Source: Octopus sinensis
Lineage: Eukaryota
DNA length: 64,000 nt
Direction of reading: 5' to 3'
NCBI RefSeq assembly: GCF_006345805.1
Contig: NC_043012.1
Span: forward strand, 26,784,001 to 26,848,000
The notes below the pieces were generated by a model that did no database searches, was not told where the DNA came from, and saw only the letters and a program-made list of their open reading frames with translations. The translations under genes were made by a program, and so were the position numbers. Position 1 is the stretch's first letter; each line of letters starts with the position of its first letter. This document shows, piece after piece, positions 51,610-64,000 of this stretch.

Positions 51610-52930
51610 CATTATTACACAAACCGCCAAAACTCGCACTCATACACAATCACACGTACACACACACAACGCACATACATGTATACATACATACATATAT
51701 AAATCCACAGATACACACATATGTGTGTGTATGGGTGTGTGTAGAGAGGAGAGGAGGAGGAGGAAAGGGAGGAGGGGAGAGAGACAGAAAGGGAGAGAGA
51801 GAGTGGGACAGAAAGAGACAGAGAGAGAGGGGAGAAAGAGACAGAGAGAGAGAGGGTAGAGACAGAGAGAGAAGAGAGAGAGAGAGAGAGAGACAGAGAC
51901 AGATTAAAAGTGAATTAAAACCAAAAAGTGATTCAAAGAAATCGCTATCAATGTTGGCTAGTGCTTAGAAAACACATTTCTCATTATTTTGTTTCTTATG
52001 TATGTGTGCTTGTTATCATTGCTTGTTTCGATTTTGTTTTTAAGAGAGTTGAAATCGTGATACCGTTTAGAAATTTGTCGGCATGGTTCCAAAGTCTAAG
52101 AGGTATCGTTCTATAATAATCTGACAAAAGGTATGTCAACATATTTACCAATATGTAGATTTTTTTTGTTTCTCAACACTTTCACTTCTTCCCTCCCACT
52201 ATCACCCGCTTCGTCAGTGCATGTATACATATGTGCATGTATATATATATATATGTATGTATGTATGCATATATATATTATATGCATACATTATACACAA
52301 ACACGCCAAAACTCGCACTCATACACAATCACACGTACACACACACACGCACATACATGTATACATACATACATATATAAATCCACAGATACACACATAT
52401 GTGTGTGTATGGGTGGTAGATGTGAGTAGGGAGAGAGGGAGGAGGAGAAGGGAGAGGGGGAGAGAGACAGAAAGGGAGAGAGAGAGTGGGAGAAAGAGAC
52501 AGAGAGAGAGAGGGGGTAGACAGAGAGAGACAGAGAGACAGAGAGAGAGAGAGACAGAGACAGATTAAAAGTGAATTAAAACCAAAAAGTGATTCAAAGA
52601 AATCGCTATCAAATGTTGGCTAGTGCTTAGAAAACACATTTCTCATTATTTTGTTTCTTATGTATGTGTGCTTGTTATCATTGCTTGTTTCGATTTTGTT
52701 TTTTAAGAGAGTTGAAATCGTGATACCGTTTAGAAATTCTGTCGGCATGGTTCCAAAGTCTAAGAGGTATCGTTCTATAATAATCTGACAAAAGGTATGT
52801 CAACATATTTACCAATATGTAGATTTTTTTTTGTTTCTCAACACTTTCACTTCTTCCCTCCCACTATCACCCGCTTCGTCAGTGCATGTATACATATGTG
52901 CATGTATATATATATATATGTATGTATGTA
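51610..52930. repeat. ~660-bp near-identical tandem duplication
   Basis: gattaaaagtgaattaaaacc at 51902 and 52563. The copies differ mainly by small indels. Confidence 0.9.
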
Positions 52931-53108
52931 TGCATATATATATATATATATGCATGTATGTATAATATATATATATATATATATAAATAAATATATGCAT
53001 GTATGTATATATATGTATGCATGTTTATTTTTGCATGTATATATATATATATACATGCATATATATAGATATATGTATATATGTATACCTACACACACAC
53101 ACACCCAC

Positions 53109-53162
<54 letters not shown>

Positions 53163-53334
53163 CAAACGGTTTTACATACGCTTGTATTTGTATATATATG
53201 CATATATGTGCATGTGTGTGTGGGTGTAAAAGTTGTGCATTGTACGTATCTCTGATTTGTGCTTCTCGGAGTGTATTCACTATACGCAAGAATCTTCTTG
53301 ATCTGATAACATAGACGATAGTGATGATGGCAAT

Positions 53335-53405
53335 AATAGTAATAATAATAGTAATAATAATAATAATAATAATAATATAATAAAATAATATAGTAATATT
53401 AATAA

Positions 53406-53448
<43 letters not shown>

Positions 53449-53469
53449 ATAATAATAATAATAATAGTA

Positions 53470-53531
<62 letters not shown>

Positions 53532-53540
53532 TAATAGTAA
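53335..53540. repeat. (TAA)n microsatellite
   Basis: Seen directly in the sequence. Confidence 0.95.
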
Positions 53541-53994
53541 TCATGTTCTTCATTTTTTTTTCTCGCTACCATTTTGTTAGCATTTTTTATTGATACAATT
53601 ATTGTCGATGCTTTCGTAGTTGTTTTTGCTGAAATTTATGATAAAAATAATCATGAGAAGAAGTTGACTTATAGAAAAAATACCTCTGTGTCAAAATATA
53701 ATAGAAGTTGCAGAAAAAAATTACTTTAGATACAAATATACATATGTGCGTGCGAGCATGTGTGTGTGTGTGTATGTGAGCGTGTTATATAGTATGTTGT
53801 ACAGTATTTATATGAAAATAGTATTGTTTTTTGATCTTTTGGCAGAAGTAATATTAACTTGTAAAAACTCAATACAGAGACGAAAGTAGAGTGAATTCAC
53901 ATATTTTAGCCTGGGTATAAATTTCTGATTCTAATTCGGCATTTAAACTGATCTCAGGGTGCGCCACTGACGCAGATAAGCTGGGAAGATTGAA

Positions 53995-54160
<166 letters not shown>

Positions 54161-54242
54161 GGTCCTGGTCAGGTATAGTCTAATGAAGTACCATGCTAAT
54201 GTTTAAAACCACAAATTTATGTAAATTTTACTTCGAACTTCC

Positions 54243-54655
54243 AAGATTTTATGTCCGTATCAAAATCAATGAGTATATTAAAATATGCGGATTGTGAATG
54301 TATAGCGGTAATACAGATAGATCGGAAAGTTGGTATAAAATGATTTTTAAAAGGAATCTTGTGCAGGTGTAAAGTCTGACGGCCGTTTCGGGAAGATATA
54401 GGTTGGTATGGGCGAGTTAATTCCAACCATAACAATCATCTATATTTCTCTCATCAGAGTTAATCTAAAGGATTTATAAAAGAGTTATTTAAATCTTAAA
54501 GCTTTAAGAAACGGCCGTCAGACATTGCACCTGATCAAGATTCCTTTTAAGTTCATTTGATACTAACTTTCTCATTTATTTGGATTACCGCTATACATTC
54601 ACCATCCGCATACTTTAATATCCTCTTTGATGTTAATAATACTGACATACAATCT
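54243..54655. mobile_element. Fold-back element with ~145-bp diverged inverted arms and a hammerhead at the inner junction
   Basis: 54243-54388 pairs with 54508-54655 (gaatgtatagcggtaat / attaccgctatacattc; gtctgacggccgtttc / gaaacggccgtcagac). Confidence 0.75.
54374..54460 (-). ncRNA. Type I hammerhead ribozyme, intact core, long helix II
   Basis: Minus strand: ct CTGATGA gagaaatatag...ctatatcttccc GAAA cggccg TC ag. Palindromic helix III, GUC triplet, short helix I. Confidence 0.75.
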
Positions 54656-54824
54656 CGCAACTACATTTATGTGTTTATATATATTTATAAATGTTTATAT
54701 TATATCTTGTGTATATGAATACAGCTGCGTATGCTGTGGAGCATTCGACGCTTTGAAATATATTGAGTGAATATGAACACTGACCTTTGAATTTTGTTCT
54801 CTCTTTCTTGGTTTTATATATATA

Positions 54825-55350
54825 TTAGGTTGAGGAAAAAGTTCGTGCGCCGTGTTAAAATAATGCTTTCTTAATTTTATTTTGTGGTGTGTGTGTTCAT
54901 TCAGTTCATGTCATGTTCAGGTCATGTTCAATGGTGACTCACTGTGTTCGTCAAAAACACGTTTTGCTTCAACAAGACAATGCAAAGCCGCATACCATCA
55001 GAAAGACCAGCAACAAGATTAAAGAATTGGACGGTGTGGAAGTTCTGCTGCATCCAGCCTATAGTCATGACGTTGCTCCATCTGACTAGGGTCTCTTCCG
55101 ATCAATGCAGCACTTTATGAAAGGTCACCGATTTGAGCCATTCGATGGAGTTGAAGAAGCCTGTCAAGAATTTTTCGATTCAAAGCCGAAGGATTAGTAT
55201 TTTGACCAAATTCGAAAGCTAGCAGATCGTTGGCAGAAGATCATGAAAATGATGGTCTTTATTTTGTAGAATATCCGTTGTTTTTGATTAAAATCTTGCA
55301 TTAAAGAATCATTATTTTAACACGGCGCACAAAGTTTTTCCTCAACCTAG
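54825..55350 (+). mobile_element. Internally deleted mariner with both TIRs
   Basis: TA|ttaggttgaggaaaaagttcgtgcgccgtgttaaaataatg and its inverse ending cctcaacctag|TA. Internal LLQQDNAKPH and HPAYSHDVAPSD* motifs. Confidence 0.9.
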
Positions 55351-55384
55351 TACATATACATGAGTTTTTTTTTCTGTTTCTTTA

Positions 55385-55480
55385 GTCGACCCGAGGCTAT
55401 AGTAGAAGACGCTTGCCCAAGGTGTCATACAGTAGGACTGAACCCGGAACCATGTGCTTGGGAAGCAAGCTTCTTACCAG
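55385..55480 (-). mobile_element. SINE family B head fragment
   Basis: gaggctatagtagaagac...actgaacccggaaccatg. Confidence 0.7.
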
Positions 55481-57144
55481 ACAGACACTCACGTATGGAT
55501 CTCTCTCTCTATCTACATATATAAATATACACACATGCATATATGCAGGTGCATATATAAATAAAATATATATATGCATTTATTCATGTATACATACATC
55601 ATACATACATACATACATACATAACATACATATATATATATATTATATATATATATATGTATGTATGTATGTATATTATATATATATTATATATGTATAT
55701 ATATATGTATATATATATATATATATATAGTATATATAATATATACATATACATTGTATTCAACATGCACATTAGGCAACCATTATTTTCTACCTTAATC
55801 AGCAAACAACATTTACATATACGCGCTCCGTCTTCCATCTCTGTCACTATCTATTCTCTCTCTCTTTTTTCCTCTCCCTCTCTTCTCTCTCGCTTTCTTA
55901 CTCTTCTTTCTTGCTCACATAGTGATTCGCAGAGAAACTCTGAAAATGAACTTCGACTCCATGTCACTTGTATATCAGTAAAAACTCCTACGTCATTTAC
56001 GACTGAAAACTAGCAACACTATATTTATCTTTAATTATATATACATCATTTCTATCACTTCATAAACCTTCATTCACTGTAATTTACACTTATATGGTAA
56101 GTTCATTACAAACTATAAAATATTTCGTTTTCTTGCACGTATTCAACGCAGTCATTTCTAGAACTGAGACGCAAATACAAAGACGCTGTACATACAAAAT
56201 TACACAGGTAACATGAAACGCACACATACAAATTCACGCACCTACATAGGCGAGTTGTAGGCTCGAGGTGTTGATATGTAGCTCACATACCAATAAACAC
56301 TAAAAGCAATAAAACAGTTTAATTCTATATAATTCACAATATTACACAAGACAAAACCGCATTAAGTAACAATGCTAAACAGTCACATATAGGTGAATAT
56401 GAGTTTACATGACCTAGCACGCAAGATTGTGAGATCATGAATTCGATCCCCGGACCGGACGGTATGTTGTGTTCTTGGGCAAAAACACTTAATCTAAACA
56501 TGCTCTACGATAATTTCGACATTTCACGTGTGGGAGACTGTGTACCTGTTTACAGGTAATATCAATTTGATGAAGGAGGTGAGTTAATATCCAGCACAAA
56601 TATTTGATCACTCTAAAGAAAGCAACTGTGCCGGGTTGCTCAAAGGTAAATTGCAAACCCGGCTTTGCCCGACTTATCGCTGTGTGATTAAAATGTCCGC
56701 TATGTAATTATAAGGCTCCAGGTTCGGTCCCACTCCATTGCGCTTCACGAGTATATGCTTTTCTCTAATCTCGGCTCAACTAATGTCTATTGTGCGACAT
56801 TTGATTGAAGGGAAAACGTATCGAAGCCTGCAGTAAATGTATATACACATGCATACATACATACATACATACATACATACATACATACATACATACGTAG
56901 GTACATACGTACATACAAACATGCATACATATATACGTACGTACAAACATACATACATATTACATACATATATACATAGGTGCAACATACATACATATAA
57001 ACATACGTACATACATACATACATACATTTGTACAAACATACACATACATACATACATACATTCGTACACACATTCATACATACATACATACATACATAC
57101 ATACATACATACATACATACATACATACATACATACATAGTAGA

Positions 57145-57330
57145 TGCGCACGGTTTAGTGGTTAGGGTGTTGGACTCATGATCCTGAGACTGTTGTTTCG
57201 AATTCTGAACTGTGCGACGCGTTGTGTTCTTGAGCAAAACACTTCCTTTCACGTTGTTCCAGTCCACCCAGCCAGTAAAAATGAGTAATATTGCCACGGG
57301 CGGCGTTTAATCCGAGACGGAAGTATGAGT
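57145..57330 (+). mobile_element. Degraded tRNA-derived SINE (family C-related)
   Basis: ggtttagtggttagggtg A-box, gtttcgaattc B-box, gtgttcttgagcaaaacactt core. Confidence 0.55.
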
Positions 57331-57360
57331 CTTTATGACTTGGGAAAGACCTTTATACTT

Positions 57361-57411
<51 letters not shown>

Positions 57412-57962
57412 ATGCACGTACGCACGTACATATGTATTTACAGTTGGTACCATTCTATTAATCTATCTTATTAAAACGATTACACGTAAACAGCGAAATA
57501 GGAAAGATGGTATTTCTCTGGTGTAATTTTTCCATTTATGTAATTCTTTGCGACTAATATCTTTAGCAGTATAATAAATAGCATAGGATGTAATATTAGT
57601 GTTTGACTAACAAGTGATAATAGAGATGGTGTTGGAAGTGAGGTGGAAGTGGGGGTAGTGATCGTTATCATCGTTTTCGTAATGGTGGCTGCTTGTAAGA
57701 GTCTATGCAGAGTCGGAATTAAATATGGCGTACACGTTAGATTACAGGACGTAATATGTGTGATTGTTTGCGCGCGCAAGCTTTCACACATATGTAAAAT
57801 ATTTATAAATATAAAACCCCACGCAGTTCTCTCTCTCTCTCTCTTTCGCACGCGGGCTCTCTCTACCTTTCATTCTTCCCACGTCTCTCTCTCACACAGA
57901 CATACGCACTCTATATATCTATGCACAAACACAAATTTATGCGTATGTGTGTGCGTTGTTTG

Positions 57963-57996
<34 letters not shown>

Positions 57997-58054
57997 TTGA
58001 TAATATTACATACATATATATGCATATTTATATATATATAATCCATTTACATAC

Positions 58055-58104
<50 letters not shown>

Positions 58105-58215
58105 AGACAATAATAAAATAATATATATATATACAGACATATTATATTGTTCATGTTTGTGTGTATAAATATATATATATATGGATGTATATGTATGTGT
58201 GTATTATATATATAT

Positions 58216-58265
<50 letters not shown>

Positions 58266-58311
58266 TATATATATATTATATATCTATATATATATTATAT
58301 TACATATATGT

Positions 58312-58700
58312 GTGGAATGGAAGCACTCCGTCGGTTACGACGACGAGGGTTCCGGTTGATCCGAATCAACGGAACAGCCTGCTTGTGAAAATAACGTGTA
58401 AGTGGCTGAGCACTCCACAGACACATTACCCTTAACGTGTAGTTCTCGGGGATATTCAGCGTGACACAGAGTGTGACAAGGCCGGCCCTGACCCTTGAAT
58501 ACAGGTACAAACAGAAACAGGAAGTAAGAGTGAGAGAAAGTTGTGGTGAAAGAGTACAGCAGGCATCACCACCCCCTGCCGGAGCCTCGTGGAATTTTAG
58601 GTGTTTTCGCTCAATAAACACTCACAACGCCCGTTCTGGGAATCGAAACCGCGATCCTATGACCGCGAGTCCGCTGCCCTAACCACTGGGCCATTGCCCC
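58312..58700 (-). mobile_element. tRNA-derived SINE family C, full length
   Basis: Head ggaggggcaatggcccagtggttagggcagcgg, B-box ggtttcgattccc, tail ccgacggagtgcttccattccac. Confidence 0.88.
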
Positions 58701-58813
58701 TCCATATATATGTGTATATATATGTAAATATATATACATATATATATATATATATAAATCTGTATGGGTTACATTATTATGCATGTAAGTATGCTTGCAT
58801 GTATGTATGTATG

Positions 58814-58845
<32 letters not shown>

Positions 58846-59010
58846 TGTATGTATGTATGTATGCGTATGTGTGTAAGTGTATGTGCATGTAATTAAAAGT
58901 GAATCCAATCGCCTCTTAATGGCATCTGAAAATAAGGGAGTGCTTTTCTTTACACTCCTTGATTTTCAAATTGCATCGTGATAATTTTCAATCTCTTTTA
59001 TCTATCTATC

Positions 59011-59068
<58 letters not shown>

Positions 59069-59294
59069 CCTATCTATCTATCTATCTATCTATCTCCGTC
59101 ACTCTCTATCTCTATCTATTTCAATGTATGTATATGTGTGTGTATGTTTGAGTGGCCTTATGTGTGTGAGTACGCGTATAATGCAGCATTAGATTGCATT
59201 GTGTTCCTTTACAGTTCCTGCTGCTATCACAATCACCAACACACCCAGTTTCCATGATAAGCTCCAGCACCACCAATAATTCTGCCTCCAACCG

Positions 59295-59368
59295 TCCTCC
59301 ACCTCCTCCTCCTCCTCCTCCTCCTCCTACTACTACTACTACTGCTACTACTACTACTACTACTGCTG

Positions 59369-59400
<32 letters not shown>

Positions 59401-59617
59401 GATGATGATATTATTTATTATAGTAATATTATTACTACCACTACCATCACCAATACTACGACAACGACAATGATAAGCACAGGCTCCATGACCACGACAA
59501 CTACCAGCACTATCTTCATTACTTCAGCAGCAGCAGTAAGAACACCAATTGCTACTACTATTACTACTACTACTAGTACTACTACTACTGCTGCTGCTGC
59601 TGCTACTACTACTACTG

Positions 59618-59648
<31 letters not shown>

Positions 59649-59715
59649 CAACACCACCATCACCACCGTTGCAACCGTCACCACCACCACCGTTACAACC
59701 GTCACCACCACCACC
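59295..59715. repeat. (CCT)n/(CTA)n/(CAC)n compound trinucleotide tract
   Basis: Seen directly in the sequence. Confidence 0.9.
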
Positions 59716-59832
59716 GAGCAGTTATTTTCACGAGCAGGCTGTTCCGTTGATTCGGATCAACCGGAACCCTTGTCGTCGTAACCGACGGAGTGCTTCCATT
59801 CCACACATATATGTATATAATATATATGTATT

Positions 59833-59904
<72 letters not shown>

Positions 59905-60534
59905 ACATACATTACATCCATATATATATATATTTATACACACAAACAGTTCCAGCCCGTATCACCATTTCTACGTTTATGATGCTAAATATATCCGCTG
60001 CAAGAAATAACGCAGACGAAAATATTCAACAAAATTGGTTCCTTCTTATTTGATCTCATTCTTTGACTGTTGATGTAGTTTTGTCTGAAGAAGATACATT
60101 ATGCACTGGAACCAAAGGAAATTGGAAATTGCGTGCAGAAGCTTCGAAAAATATAGTTTTAGAACGAACAAATGAACCCTTCAGTCATGGAAATCATAGC
60201 TGACAAACGTAATTTGTTGATGATGATGATGGGACGGTGGAAACTTCAATGATTTTGACAACGTTATTAAGGTCCAGAACAAATTTTAACCAAATCGTTG
60301 ACGGCTGGATTGACTGAAAACTGGCTCGCGTGATACTAACACAAAGATGGAACGATTACTATATTTGGTGGCATAAAAAAATAACGGTCATATCGGATGC
60401 ATAGTAATTCTAGTAGCGCATATTCAAGGATACAAGGATGTAATATAAGCTCTACTTTCATATAGGATGCTGGATGATTGTCTTTTTTTTAAACATATCT
60501 TTCTTGTTTTTTGTTTAATTTCTTTTTGTCACTA

Positions 60535-60740
60535 TTTGGCAGAATCGTTATGATGTCAAGCAAAATGCTCGGCTCGGCTATATTTGGTCCATTCTTACGT
60601 TCTGAGTTCAGATTCCGCCGAGGTTGACTTTGCCTTTCGTACTTTCGACATCGATAAAATAAGTACCAGTTGAACACTGGCATGAACGTAATCGGTTTAC
60701 ACTTTCTTTCGAAATTGCTGGCCTTGTGCCAAAATTTGAA
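60535..60740 (+). mobile_element. SINE family A
   Basis: ggcagaatcgtta head, gagttcagattcc B-box, core. Confidence 0.75.
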
Positions 60741-60880
60741 ACTATTATTATTATCATTATTTAAAAAAAAACACGTGAATCTTATATTCCATAAATTGCG
60801 GTACATAAAAGATTGGACGGGGAGTTCACTGATGTTGTGTAGAAACTCTTAACCCACAATTATATTCATTTACTTGTGTT

Positions 60881-61150
60881 GGGGCACATGGCCAAGTGGT
60901 TAGAGCAGAGGACACGCGGTTGAGAGATCGCGGGTTCGAGTATCAGACCGGGCAATGTGTGTGTTTATGAGCGAAAACGCCTAAGCTCCACGCAGATCCG
61001 GCAGAAGATAATGACGGACTTCTGCTGACTCTTTCGCCACAACTTTCTCTCACTCTTTCCTCCTGCATCTTGCAACTCACCTGCAACGGACCGGCGTCCC
61101 GTCCAGGTGGGGAACCTATACGCCAAGGAAACCGGGAAACCGGCCCTATG
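60881..61150 (+). mobile_element. SINE family C variant with a different tail
   Basis: Head and core match 9702-9891. Tail gtcccgtccaggtggggaac...ccggccctatgag. Confidence 0.7.
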
Positions 61151-61294
61151 AGAACAAATAATATTAATTTATTTATTCATTCGACAATGAGATTTTACAA
61201 ACCTGTGTACATAACACTTTGTGTTATACTAAGTTCAGATTTCTATTTCTGTTATCAATCAGTAAGTCCTTATTTTATTAGTTTCAATCCCCAT

Positions 61295-61830
61295 ATGGCG
61301 GCCATGCTGAGACACCGCCTCCAGTGGTTTAGTCGAGTATATCGATCCCAGTACTATAAACACATCAACACCTGTTCTAAAGACTTGGTGGGGGGCAAAC
61401 ACAGACACAAAGACAGACTGACAGACAGACAGTCATTAGCCTGCGGACAGTTTGGGGCACCGCTTTCAGGAATTTTTAATCGAATGAATCGATTCCAGAG
61501 TTTAATTTCTTTAAATCTTGGTTATTCTATTCGTTTCTGTAGCCGAACCGCCCGATAAGTTACAGGGATGTAAACACACCAACATCGGTTGTCAAGCGGT
61601 AGTAGGAGACAAACACATTTACACACACACACACATACACGCATGCATGCTCATACACACACGCACACTCACACACATATGTATATGTATCGCAGACATT
61701 TCAGTTTTCATCTGCTAAATCCTCTTACAAGGCTTTCGTCTGCCTGCGGTTATAGTTAAATATAATTGCCCAAGGTGCCACACAGTGGGACTGAACCTGG
61801 AACCACGTGGTTGGGAAAAAACTTCTCACT
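61295..61830 (-). mobile_element. SINE family B fragments, degraded
   Basis: Homology blocks to 13617-14027. Confidence 0.6.
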
Positions 61831-61892
61831 ACATACCCAATATGGAATATAGAAAATCGTATATTCTTTCTTATTCTTTTCTTTTTGTTTTA

Positions 61893-62070
61893 GGGCAACC
61901 TCAACAAGCAGGAGACCCAGGAGTAGACCATGAGTACGATGGTTGGATAACATCCATGAGATCGGTTGAGCTTGGTTGAGGATCCAGTAGGTTTAATTGG
62001 AGACGATTAATTCTGGCAGGACCCGATGTAAGGTGTGCTTGAGGACTCTGCCCTCACGACTCACTCACGA
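61893..62070 (+). mobile_element. Probable RTE-clade LINE 3' remnant
   Basis: Translation SRRPRSRP*VRWLDNI resembles the R.RGRP..RW.D.I motif at the end of RTE ORFs. Confidence 0.45.
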
Positions 62071-62574
62071 ATAAGTGGACGAAGAAGATGTGATGAAGTA
62101 AAACGAGATGTGAAGAGACGATAATCTATATGAAGTTTATAAGTATTGAACGGTACCAGTAACAAAGCATCAGCTTCGTTATTGTAATGATGATATGAAT
62201 GAATACGATGAAGGAAGCTCACACACCATTTGTATGCAAACAGAAATGCCACCGAAGTAGAAGCCGTCAGTAAGATGTCAGGTTACGTATTCAGCTGACA
62301 ATACCTTTCTCTGATGCTATACAATGGCATTAAGGGAGAGAAGCCATGAATATGTACACATAACTGAATCCATGATAAAGAACGAGTTACAAGTTGTTGA
62401 ATACGCCAAATAATCGAGGGAAGAGCAGGTCACTAACAGTGAGGATCATGACCAACCAAAATCATGAATGATTCCTAAATCAGTTCTTGGAATTTGGGGT
62501 AACGAGAATGAAAAGATATATAGAATTCTTCATAAAGGCGTAGCAGTGGATGTGTGGTAAGTAGTTTGCTTACC

Positions 62575-64000
62575 CAGAATGCAACACCAGTTGGTCCGGA
62601 ATGTTACAGTGAGCAGATGTGAGTTTCGGCTCCGTGAACAGAAGAAAAAAGAAGAAAGAAAAATTGTCAATTATGGCTCGCTACAGCGAGCAAAATACTG
62701 GGTTCTCATCACCGTAACGGTGATTTGAGAATTTTTGTTTGAGAATTCTTCTTGTGAATTCTAGTGGGCGTATCTCGCCAGAAAAATAAGAATAAGCCAT
62801 TTGGATTACCCTTTTGGATTACCTTTTGAATTACCTTTTTGGAGTATTATACAAAGGATTCCCTGTCTGTGCTATTTGTGAGGTTTTTCCTTTACTTTTC
62901 CCTTCTATTTTTCTTTCTTTCTAAATTATAGTTCATTCTTTTCATTACTTTAATTTCAGTTTCCTCCCCTCCTCTTTTATTTTGTTTTATTTTTATTCGA
63001 TTTAATTTTTTTGGCAGACTGTCTTTTGAACTACTTTTGAACTGTTTTTTGACATGGCAGAGAAGGAACTTAAAAAGAAAAACTCTGTCTTAGAGTGGGA
63101 AATTAACCCGCCTAAGCAGTGGTTAAAAGATATGGAGGAGAAGACGATGGTACTTAGAACGTATTCTAAAGTTCTTAATTCCATCACCGTCTTCCCAAAA
63201 CAAGTCATAAAAAATGAACTTAAAGAACATTTTTCCTCTGTAAAATATATATCCCGTGGTGTCAAACATGCAACCGTATGGTTGCTGTTTGACAACGGGG
63301 AAAAGGCTCGCCAGTTAGCGAGTCAGCCTTTAGAAGGCAAGGAAATTTTGTTCTTCCCGTCATATTGTGGAAGAAAATTAATACGAGCCTGGGTATGTGG
63401 GCTCCCCTCGGGCACCGAAGCGGATTGGATTGAAGATACCATCCGACGGGGACTGGGGGATGGCGGGCCCAGGCTCTTAAATGTAAGGGTATTGCCGGCG
63501 GTCGATTGGGAAGGGTCAAAAGCGATTCTGACCCTGTGGACCCCATCGGCCGCAACAGAACTGGTTTTTCCAGATTTCTTGAAAATGGCTGGCTGCAGGT
63601 ATCCGGTGATACTTGAGGGACATCCCCCAAAGTGTCACTCGTGCCTGCAGCCAGGCCACATTAAGAGGAACTGTCCCCAGGACCATGGTAAGGTCCTGGA
63701 ACAGTCACCAGATGCCACCTCCCGTACACGGTCAAAGGGAGAGGTGGATGTGGTCGAGGAGGCTTCAGCCTCCTCAACTCAAAAAGGATTAAAAAGGAAG
63801 AAGGCAGGCAACAATAGTTGCCCGCCAAAGGAACCTAAGGCTTCGGGAGGCGGAGGAGAGTCTCCGGACAAAGCGGAAGAGCTCCACTCTCCCGAAGCCA
63901 GGAAGAAAAGAAAAAAAAGAAAGAAGAACTGGTCATCTCAGCAGGGAGATGATGTGCCGACTGCATGCCCCGAAGTTGTGCCACCCCACCCTTAAAGATG
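62575..64000 (+). mobile_element. 5' end of a Tx1/L1-like LINE (5' UTR and ORF1; continues beyond the window)
   Basis: About 480 bp of UTR with a short tandem ggattacc(c)tttt repeat (62801-62843), then an intact ORF1, then an ATG at 63998. Confidence 0.75.
63054..63995 (+). CDS. LINE ORF1 (gag-like nucleic-acid-binding protein with CCHC zinc knuckle), 313 aa
   Basis: Uninterrupted non-repetitive ORF with CHSCLQPGHIKRNC (CX2CX4HX4C), an upstream V.GLP motif and a basic low-complexity tail. Confidence 0.85.
   Translation: MAEKELKKKNSVLEWEINPPKQWLKDMEEKTMVLRTYSKVLNSITVFPKQVIKNELKEHFSSVKYISRGVKHATVWLLFDNGEKARQLASQPLEGKEILFFPSYCGRKLIRAWVCGLPSGTEADWIEDTIRRGLGDGGPRLLNVRVLPAVDWEGSKAILTLWTPSAATELVFPDFLKMAGCRYPVILEGHPPKCHSCLQPGHIKRNCPQDHGKVLEQSPDATSRTRSKGEVDVVEEASASSTQKGLKRKKAGNNSCPPKEPKASGGGGESPDKAEELHSPEARKKRKKRKKNWSSQQGDDVPTACPEVVPPHP

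Noticed and set aside
59194-59781. Mucin-like Thr/Pro-rich 195-aa ORF
   Set aside because: It consists of trinucleotide repeats plus a SINE tail, with no splice or domain support.
63262-63630. Antisense 122-aa ORF
   Set aside because: It is a shadow of the GC-richer ORF1.

Overview
Eukaryotic, AT-rich, repeat-saturated non-genic DNA. It is most likely from a cephalopod (Octopus-like); this is an inference from the tRNA-derived SINE families and the very high microsatellite load. I found no confidently identifiable host gene, and almost all ORFs in the track are translations of microsatellites or SINEs. Recognisable content: three abundant tRNA-derived SINE families; two 5'-truncated Tx1/L1-clade LINEs sitting inside (GATA)n arrays; the 5' end of a further Tx1/L1-like LINE with an intact gag-like ORF1 (63054-63995); four R4/Dong-like RLE LINE fragments and five copies of a non-coding element in (TAA)n arrays; a decayed Ty3/Gypsy pol; mariner remnants; piggyBac, mariner and hAT-type MITEs; Penelope-like GIY-YIG remnants; and a 100-N gap. 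The most striking unannotated signal is a set of about a dozen hammerhead-ribozyme motifs (type I, mostly with a palindromic helix III). Many lie inside short fold-back elements embedded in (TA)n tracts. Also notable: each retroelement class occupies its own microsatellite (GATA, TAA or TA), and one SINE shares its 3' tail with the GATA-associated LINE. All coordinates and alignments were read by eye and are approximate.
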